In this document: piece by piece, positions 39,375 to 47,548 of the stretch
Position numbering within the stretch: the stretch's first letter is position 1
How the letters are laid out: each line of letters opens with the position of its first letter
Origin: Ministeria vibrans ATCC 50519
Lineage: Eukaryota; Protista; Filasterea
Direction of reading: 5' to 3'
Assembly (NCBI GenBank): GCA_943704425.1
Contig: CALSCP010001006.1
Coordinates: 1-47,548 of the forward strand
DNA length: 47,548 nt
Notes under the pieces: model-generated
The model's database searches: none
Told to the model about the DNA's origin: nothing
The model's input: only the letters and a program-made list of their open reading frames with translations
Translations under genes and position numbers: made by a program

Positions 39375-41318
39375 GGAACGTATGCAAGCGGCCGTTTTGG
39401 CGCCGCCCACGCATGAACGGCATGAGTTCGAGGGTGTGGATGAGGAGGCGATGTGGGAGGATGCCGACGGGGACGAATTCGCGGATGCAGAAGACGAGAG
39501 TGTTGACGACGAGCAGAGGGTGAAGCTGGCCAAGGAGATGTTCAGCGAGGAGGTGGAGAGTGTCGACCCCAAGATGCGACGACGACAATTGGGCATTTTC
39601 TATGACGACGACTACGACTACGAGAAGCATTTGAGTCCGATTGGACGGGACGCCAACGCAACGTTTATTGCGGCGCCCTCGAAACGCGGCGGTGCGGTGT
39701 CGCATACGGACGCAGAACTTCCACGTGGACTTGACACGGGTGTTGCCAAAGTGGTGGCAGCGTTGCCCACAGACGTGTTTGCATCGACAGAACAGCAAGA
39801 TCTCGGGGCGCTGTATCGAGCAGCGGCGCCCGTCACCGGTCCTCAACTGGACGTTGACCCAGACATTTTGGCGGCACTCGATTCGGACTATGAGGAGGGG
39901 GATGTCGAGCCAGGGGTTTTTGGAGATCTGGACGATGACTTTGTGGTCATGGTAAGTGAAAGGCCATATAGAATAAGAAAGAAAGAAAGAAAGAAAAAAG
40001 TCACTGAAGTGAGGTGGTGTGTGTGTGTGTGTGTGTAGGCGAACGACGATGAGTATGAGGACGAAGAGTACGAAGAAGGGGGTGAGTACAGTGACGAGGA
40101 GGAAGGAGGAGCCAAGCGGGGCGGAGTGCACGAGTGGCTTGCGACGGGCGGAGGCAGTGCAGACGCCAGTGTGGATGTGGGAGAGGCAGTGCGAGCACGA
40201 TTGCGCGCAGTGCACTTTGACACGCACGAGCACACACATGGCGGCCCGTGTGTGGATGGAGGCGACGACGACGACAACGACGACGATAGGTTTGCTGCAG
40301 AGGAGACGCGCTCGCGCTTTACCGACTATTCGCTGTCGTCGAGCATCATGCCTCGCTCAGAAGCACTGCAGACGCTCGATGATCGCTTTGAGCGGCTCAT
40401 GGAGGAGTACGATGACGAGAAGGTACAATTGTTGAAATTTGTTTGGAGGATGGAACCGTGATAGTCTCTGTTGTGTAGATTGGAGCACTGGACGACGATG
40501 AGGAGGCGGTGCGGGGATGCATAGACGACGAAGAAGAGCAGATGGAGGGGAACGAGGCACTGAGTGGGGTGTTTGATGCGTACCTGGAGAAGCAAGAGAT
40601 GACGCGTGCAGACGAACTGGCAGCATTTGGGCGAGTGCGGACGGAGCTGCGGGACACGGTGCGTCTGCCGACGGCAGTGGCGTCGGACGACGAAGACGAC
40701 ACGCCTGAGGCAGACGAGCGGCGGGCGCTGGAAGTGCGAGAGATGTTTGATGCGGGAGGGGCCCAGAAGGAGCAGTGGGACTGCGAGTCGATTCTGTCTA
40801 CCTATAGCAATTTGTATCACCATCCAAAGGTGATTGAGGATCAGGATATGGCGCGGAGACGTAAGGCACGTCAGGCAGAGCGCGAGCGGCGCATGGCCGA
40901 GGCGCACGCCAAGGGCACGGGAAGCGCCCACAAGATTGAGCTGGGGGCCAAGGGAATGCCTGTGGGAGTCATTGAGGCGCATCGCGAGCAGACGCGCGCC
41001 AGTACGCGTAAAGGCGATGAAGGGAAAGGTGCGGATGCGGAGGCGGAAGAGGGCACTGACGATCGTGATAATGATGCTGATGATGGGGATGACGATGATG
41101 AGGATGATGCTGATTTTGTGGTGGGAGCGAGCTTTGCCCCACGACCCAAAGGAGAGTCTGCAGAGGAGAAGCGCGCGCGAAAACACGCAATTAAGGAGGA
41201 GCGACGTCTTAAGCGGGCCGTCAAGAAGGAGACCCGCTCGGCGTTTGCTTCTGAACGACGTCAGCAGGAGGCGTGCGCCATTGCACGCAAGGCCAATCTC
41301 GGAGCGCTCATCTTGTAA
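39095..41318 (+). CDS. LTV1: 40S biogenesis factor Ltv1
   Basis: FDKKRDATFSLVHRSQRDPL, GIFYDDDYDYEKHL, ETRSRFTDYSLSSSIMPRSEALQTLDDRFE, WDCESILSTYSNLYHHPKVI and RPKGESAEEKRARKHAIKEERR. Confidence 0.95.
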
Positions 41319-41638
41319 AAGTATATTTTTGACTCGGTTTTATTGTGTTACTTTTCCGCTACGTCATGTCACTGATTACACGATACATCTCTAATCTTGG
41401 AAAAAAAAATATTAACCACTTGACAATAAATTTGGTGAATAGTGAGCGTGCTCAGGTCTCAGTTATCAGTAGTTCAGTACTGAGTACTGACGATCGACGA
41501 ACATGAAACAATCACTTTAAGTGAGTGTATATTTTTACATTTCCAAATTCCAATTCGCACCAAATAAAAAATCAAAAATCAAAATATTAAATAATATCAA
41601 ATTTATTCACCCACTCTTCAGAAAAACTCATCTCAATC

Positions 41639-42800
41639 ATGGTAAGTGGTTACGGAACGTCGGTGTGCCAGAATGAAATACACAAAAAGTGTCGAGCAGC
41701 TCTCTTTTTTGACTGGAGCTCATCTTTTGCAATTTGTCCCCTCCACAGTCGTCAAAGGGAGCCAAGACCGGAGCCAAGACCAAGGATAAGGCCCAACCTA
41801 CGTCGCGTTCGCAGAAGGCCGGACTTCAGGTACGTACTGAGAGACGGCGAGCCGTGGAAAACTGTAAACGTTTTTTTTTTGAGTGCGTTTGCTTTGATCC
41901 TCAATATCTTGCCAACGCCGATGCGACTATCGCTGCCGTTCACTCCAGCCGTTTTAACAATGTGTTTTGTATACGCTACCGCGATTCGTTTTCTAATTGA
42001 AGTTGATGGCGAGCGGTGAGGGCGATGCGATGAAATGGACGACCGTTGAGATTTCTCAAGCGGGGCGTCTCTGCTTCTGGACGTCTTTCACGACTCTCTG
42101 CTGAGCCCAACCCCCTGTGTATGCACTATTACGCATTGTTGTGAACCCCTGTTGACGGTCTTCCCTTGTTTCGGATGTCCACTACAGTGTTTTTGAATTT
42201 GGCGCCAAAAGTTGTTTTGTCTTTGTTTCGTCCCACAATACCAAATGCGCGCGTTTGTTTGACACCTACCTTCCTTGTGTAATGTGCTCAAGATGCCTTG
42301 ATGGCGATTACGGCTACATTTGTTCAGTGTTGTGTCTAGTTTTGTTTTTGACTTGGCATTCCTACTGAGTGAGTGAGAGGACTCCCACCACACACTCGAC
42401 AATATTGTGACTGTGATGAAAACAACAAGCTTGTCTTCTCATCTTCTGCAACACACCTGACCCTGCCACTGCTCCAATTTCCTTGTAGTTCCCCGTCGGT
42501 CGTATCCACCGTCACCTCAAGTCGCGTGCCACTGCCCACGGCCGTGTTGGTGCCACCGCTGCCGTCTACACCGCCGCCATTCTGGAGTACCTCAGCGCCG
42601 AGGTGCTCGAGTTGGCTGGCAACGCCTCAAAGGATCTCAAGGTGAAGCGTATCACGCCGCGCCATTTGCAGCTTGCCATTCGTGGTGACGAGGAGCTCGA
42701 CACGCTCATCAAGGCGACCATTGCCGGCGGCGGTGTCATCCCGCACATCCACCGCTCGCTCCTCAAGAAGGCCAAGGCCAAGGAGGGCGAGAAGGCCTAA
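41639..42800 (+). CDS. H2AZ: Histone H2A.Z, copy 1
   Basis: Exons 41639-41641, 41749-41829 and 42489-42800. SRSQKAGLQ|[11 protein letters not shown]...[10 protein letters not shown]...[43 protein letters not shown] is diagnostic of H2A.Z. Confidence 0.97.
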
Positions 42801-42857
42801 ATTGGAAAGAGCAATCTTTTCGTGTATATGTAATACAACCAACCCCCCAACCCCAAC

Positions 42858-42876
42858 GGAGGATTTTCAATTCTCC
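42858..42876 (+). promoter_or_regulatory. 3' UTR hairpin GGAGGAT-TTTCA-ATTCTCC (copy 1)
   Basis: 7-8 bp stem including one G-U pair; also present downstream of copy 2. Confidence 0.5.
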
Positions 42877-43102
42877 ATCCAACCAAAAGAACAATGCGAG
42901 AACGAAGAACAAAGTTCATTTTTCGAGGTGGCGATATATCATTCAAGTGAGTTGATCAGTGTAGTGCTGACAAGTAAATAAGTTATGTGATTAAGTCTGA
43001 ACAGACTGAACTCTGATTATTCTGAAATTTGAAGTCAGTTTACTCAGTTTACAGTTAACAGTTTTATTCAACTAAACCCCTAACAACCTACATCTACATA
43101 TC

Positions 43103-44256
43103 ATGGTACGGATCATACACTCGGCGTGCGCTTCGTTGTTTGAGGCGCAGAGAGAAAGGAAAGTAACTCAACTCTCGTTCTGTCGCTCTCCTCATCGCGT
43201 AGTCGTCAAAGGGAGCCAAGACCGGAGCCAAGACCAAGGATAAGGCCCAGCCCACTTCGCGTTCGCAGAAGGCCGGACTTCAGGTATGCGTTGTGTGTGT
43301 TTTTTTTTTTTTTTTTTCCTCGCTTGGCCAAACCCTCTTTCGACTCCGTTTTCTCGCAACCTCTTTCACGACCACGCCCGCTTTTATCTCTCCCAGATAC
43401 GCCTCATTCCTCTCTATACGATACCGTTGGAATTTTCTCAGTGTCGTGTCTCAGCGTCGAGTTAGACGTGAGACAAGGCGCGCTCCAAAAAACTAAGAAA
43501 AAAATCGAAACGACCGTTGGAATGCTCTTCGCGCCAATGACGCGCGTGCACTGCCCAATCGTCTCGCCATGACATTGGCGATCATCATGTATTCCCAGTA
43601 GCACCGCCCGATCAGCCGCCAACCGCTCTCTTGACCGCTTCCGCAACGCGCCAAATGTTGGCTTTTTTTCGCTTTTTTTTTCGCTACTTTGCAAACGCTC
43701 TCGCGCTCGAGTCCCCTTGTACCATAGCGCGAATCTGTCTCGCCGACACCGTTATGCATAACGCATTCTACCGTGTGGATGGTAAAGCAGCAACCAGATG
43801 GTACTGGAGAGGCCACAGTGGTCCATATGAGTTGGTGAACCTCATTAATTTTTTTTCAGTATTAGTCATGAATAATTTTTATTGTCCATTTCCTTCAATT
43901 TGTACCACCGTTTGCTCTTGCTTACCGCGAATGTCTCCTTGTAGTTCCCCGTCGGTCGTATCCACCGTCACCTCAAGTCGCGTGCCACTGCCCACGGCCG
44001 TGTTGGTGCCACCGCTGCCGTCTACACCGCCGCCATTCTGGAGTACCTCAGCGCCGAGGTGCTCGAGTTGGCTGGCAACGCCTCAAAGGATCTCAAGGTG
44101 AAGCGTATCACGCCGCGCCATTTGCAGCTTGCCATTCGTGGTGACGAGGAGCTCGACACGCTCATCAAGGCGACCATTGCCGGCGGCGGTGTCATCCCGC
44201 ACATCCACCGCTCGCTCCTCAAGAAGGCCAAGGCCAAGGAGGGCGAGAAGGCCTAA
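43103..44256 (+). CDS. H2AZ: Histone H2A.Z, copy 2
   Basis: Exons 43103-43105, 43203-43283 and 43945-44256; same protein as copy 1. Confidence 0.97.
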
Positions 44257-44347
44257 AGTGCTTGTGCGCCCTCTCCCAACCCCCACCCCCCCACCCCTCA
44301 ACTTTCTGTAACTTTTTTCCGAAAAATAATACAACCCCCAAAACCAA

Positions 44348-44365
44348 GGAGGATTTCAATTCTCC
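44348..44365 (+). promoter_or_regulatory. 3' UTR hairpin GGAGGAT-TTCA-ATTCTCC (copy 2)
   Basis: 7 bp stem with a 4-nt loop, flanked by CCAA and ACCAA. Confidence 0.5.
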
Positions 44366-44521
44366 ACCAAAAAAAAAATTTCAGAATAGACGCAACCAAA
44401 ATTGCGCGCACAATACGCATCGACGCAATAAAATTATTGAGGCACCTGAAACTGCATGTGCGTGCCGCGTGTAAAGATGAGTCAGTCATCGAGGACATCG
44501 GGTGACATAATAAATGATTTG

Positions 44522-46180
44522 TTATGATTGCATTGAAATCAGAATGGCAGCGGCGCTGTCGACATCTCCGGCTGTGTGCTCAAGGATATCGCGTAGAAGG
44601 TCGTCATCAAAGTCAACGGCAAGAGAGGCGCGCAGCTGGGCAAGGGAGGCCGTGCGGTCCAGGACAAGACGCAGAGGACTGGCGGTCGGCGGTGCACGCG
44701 TTGCGGGCGCCGTGTCCTCTTCTTGTGAGCAAGGCGAATCTACTAGACTAGGAAAGTCGCCTGCGGAGGTGACGCTCTCCTCTGGTGTGCAAGGTAAATC
44801 TACAAGAGTGGGGAAGATGCCCGGTTGCGAGTCGACGCGCGACGATGCGACGCTCCCACAAACAGATGTCGGGTAGGCAACCACGACAAACTCATCTTCG
44901 ACGTCATCTTCGTTGCCAAACGCCGATGGCGGCAAGAACGGGTTTGTGTTGGGCATGCGAGCGCCTGTTGCTGTTGACGGGCTGCTGCTACTGCTGCTGC
45001 TGCTGGTGGTGGTGGTGGTGGCCGACTGGGCGACGGCCAGCGTCTCCTGTGCGTCCGTTTGCCCCTGCAGCCCTTGCGACTTCTCCTGCTCGACAATCAT
45101 TTCGACGACGCTCGTCTCAATCTCGCGCATGTCCGTATCTGAGAGGGGCGTCTCGTCAAAAACGTCCATCTCAGTGACCGACTCCTCATGGGTGCTGGTA
45201 AGACCCGCGTCGGCGGCCGAGACGGCGGGCATGGGTGGCTCGCGCTGGCGAATGGCGCGCATACGAATGCGTGTCATGACGCCCTCCACAATGGCCAGGA
45301 GACGCTGGCCGATGGAGCGCAGCTGGTTCTCTGTGTAAGTTCCCGCATGCCGCAGTGCCTGCATAACGTTGGCAGCAATTTCGGTGGCGTCGGGAAGTTT
45401 TCGAAGATCCTTCTTGACCGACTCGATCGAGCGACGCACCGTCTCCTTCACCACCTTGCCAGTGCGGTCCATCATACGGCCAAAATCGCTGTTAGACAGA
45501 CGACGAAATGTCCTCTGGATCGCCTGCTGCACCAGAATGATCTCTTGCTCGGTGCGCGAAAGAGGCTGTGGCGCTGGTGGAATGCGGCGAAGGACGCTCG
45601 ACGATGACGATGCGGCAGCCGCTGCCGCTGCCGGTGGAGGCGCAGTTGCAGTGACCGTTGTTGCCGAAGCTGCAACTGGCGCGGCCATGGTTGATACCGG
45701 GGCTGTTGTGGTGGCGTCATCCTCTGCGGTCGGCATGACCCGATCGTTTTGCGGTGGTTGGGCGGGGAATTTTTCAGACGCCACCAAGTCGACTTCCACC
45801 ACAACGTCGTGTGCTGGAGCCTTTGCGGCGTCCTCATTGTCGCTGCTGACATTGAGGTCACTCAGGTAGTCAACGGCAGGCTCAGACACACGCTCTACGT
45901 GCAGTCGCAAGCGAATCGTTTCCTCTTGCGAACTCGCCAAGTGTTGCTTGGTCAAAGGCTCGCGGGTCTCGGCGAGAGAGAGCGCCGCACGTTCACCCAC
46001 ACCAAAGCTGAAGAGTCGACCAACACACTCTTCGGCAGTCAGGACCGTAACGGGTGCGTCGGGAACAGTTATGCGGCGAACTTCGCCATCAAGCTACAGT
46101 CGCGTGTTGGGGTTTTAGCCGTCTTCTCGTTCACCCCTTTCACACTTAGTACTTACAATTGCTTTAATAACGGCAGGCAT
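44522..46180 (-). CDS. PB1-like, LIR and UBA/CUE protein (p62/NBR1-like selective autophagy receptor)
   Basis: MPAVIKAI|LDGEVRRITV (PB1 Lys and RR, joined through an intron at ~46156-46094), the EDDVEDEFVVV LIR motif and a C-terminal SLAQLRASLAVDFDDDLLRDILEHTAGDVDSAAAIL. Confidence 0.65.
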
Positions 46181-46492
46181 TTACGTTTCCTGTGTGTACA
46201 CGAGTAACACGAGGCGTTGAGTTTAGAAAAAAAAAATGAGATTCGAGAAGAAAAAAAAGAAGTTCATAAGCCACACTTACAAATAACGGGAATGTCCCAA
46301 GAGAACCAAGTATTACCTCTGGTACACCGCGCCTGTCAAGCTGGCTCAATAGCGAATAGACAGTTAGACACACTGATTGGCGATTGTATGACAAATGACG
46401 TGATAGGCACCAGAAAAGAACTTAAACTCAAACGTTATACGTTTTAATTACACATTAAAAATAGATAATTATTAATAATAATAATATTAATA

Positions 46493-47195
46493 TTATTCAT
46501 CATCAGAGTCAGAGTCCACAAATTCGTTTGTTTGGAAGCGTTTCTTCTTCTTGGACGTCTTATTCAATATGATGCCCGTGGGCTGTACCACCCCCGATTC
46601 AACCAGTGCGTCCACTTCTGCGCGTGCCTTCACCTGAAACACCCACCCTCCCAGTCGTCCGTTCCAACGTCCCCCAAGCTCTTTCAGCTCCGTTTTGTAG
46701 TTGCGCGTGTCACCCCGCACCACAATGCTCTTCTCCGAATGCTTTTCCACTCGCATTCCATTCCCCGATGTGAGCGCAACTGCAGATGCATTACTCGCGG
46801 CCACATCTCCTTCTCCTCCCGTTGCCGCAGTTGTCGTCTTGTCTTCAGTCGTCGTAGCTTTTAATATTGTTGCTGCTGTTGGTTCTACTGTTGCAGGATC
46901 CCCCTCTGACTTGCTCAGTAGCGCCTCAAGCTCGGCCTTTTTGCCTTTGGCAAACACCCATGCCACCAGTCCCGAATTCCAACGCCCGCCCAATGCCTAC
47001 AAGAACAGTCTCAAACAGATAGAAAAAGAAACAAAGAAACAAAGTGATAGACAGAAAAAAATAAAGATCGAATGGAGAAAAAACAGAGGGAGAAAGAAAA
47101 GAAATAGGAGGACGAAAAAAACACACAGACACACAGACACACAGACACACACACTAAACATACACACACACACACTAAACATACACACACACACA

Positions 47196-47262
<67 letters not shown>

Positions 47263-47513
47263 ACCAGTTTGACCACTGCTGCACATACCTTGAGCTTGTC
47301 CTTGATCGGCTTTGTGTCGCCTTTGACGATCACAGCCTTGTCACTGTACTCTTCAACGGCGACAGTTGCACTTTGCGCTGCGCTGTCAGGTGCGCTGGCC
47401 TCAGCAACAACTCCCGAGCAAATAAAAGCTTCAACCGCCGCTCGACTCCTCATCTGAAATATCCACCCGGACCCTCCCTTGAGTTTCGGATTGAACCGTC
47501 CCCCCAAGCTCTG
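46493..47513 (-). CDS. Partial gene (5' end off the window) with at least 3 tandem GDT..K..LK.LGGRWN....WVF domains (DUF5710-like)
   Basis: Repeats LGGRFNPKLKGGSGWIF; EYSDKAVIVKGDTKPIKDKLK|ALGGRWNSGLVAWVF; KHSEKSIVVRGDTRNYKTELKELGGRWNGRLGGWVF. KKKKR and an acidic tail at the C-terminus. Confidence 0.7.
47120..47260. repeat. (AC)n intronic microsatellite
   Basis: Long AC run in an intron of the last gene. Confidence 0.95.
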
Positions 47514-47548
47514 CAATGGAGAACAAGTGAGACATAACTTTTTTTTTT

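Overview
Gene-dense window from a unicellular eukaryote: GC-rich exons, short GT-AG introns often filled with microsatellites, and one scaffold gap at 28705-28714. An opisthokont or other amorphean protist is my inference; I cannot name the species. The supplied ORF track ignores splicing, so I assembled gene models by hand from splice sites and reading frames, and exact boundaries are approximate. I find about 23 protein-coding genes: TSR3, a long coiled-coil protein, a PhyH-family dioxygenase, a MIT-domain protein, tropomodulin, RNPS1, RhoGDI, a large beta-helix/7TM/TIR-TIR receptor, RPT3/PSMC4, two low-complexity unknowns, a SAM-like + actin-fragmin-kinase-like protein, a Cys/His-motif unknown, a tiny-ectodomain type-I membrane protein, an aldo-keto reductase, FANCI, ATG10, a BMT5-like methyltransferase, LTV1, two tandem H2A.Z genes, a PB1-LIR-UBA protein and a partial GGRWN-repeat protein. 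The best candidate for an undescribed system is the ~1,750-aa receptor at 13671-19672 (minus strand). It joins a secreted beta-helix ectodomain, a class-C-GPCR-like 7TM core and two cytoplasmic TIR domains that both keep the NADase catalytic glutamate. Other highlights are a complete animal-type tropomodulin, a minimal p62/NBR1-like receptor, and an H2A.Z pair with homogenised exons, shared intronic motifs and a histone-stem-loop-like 3' hairpin.
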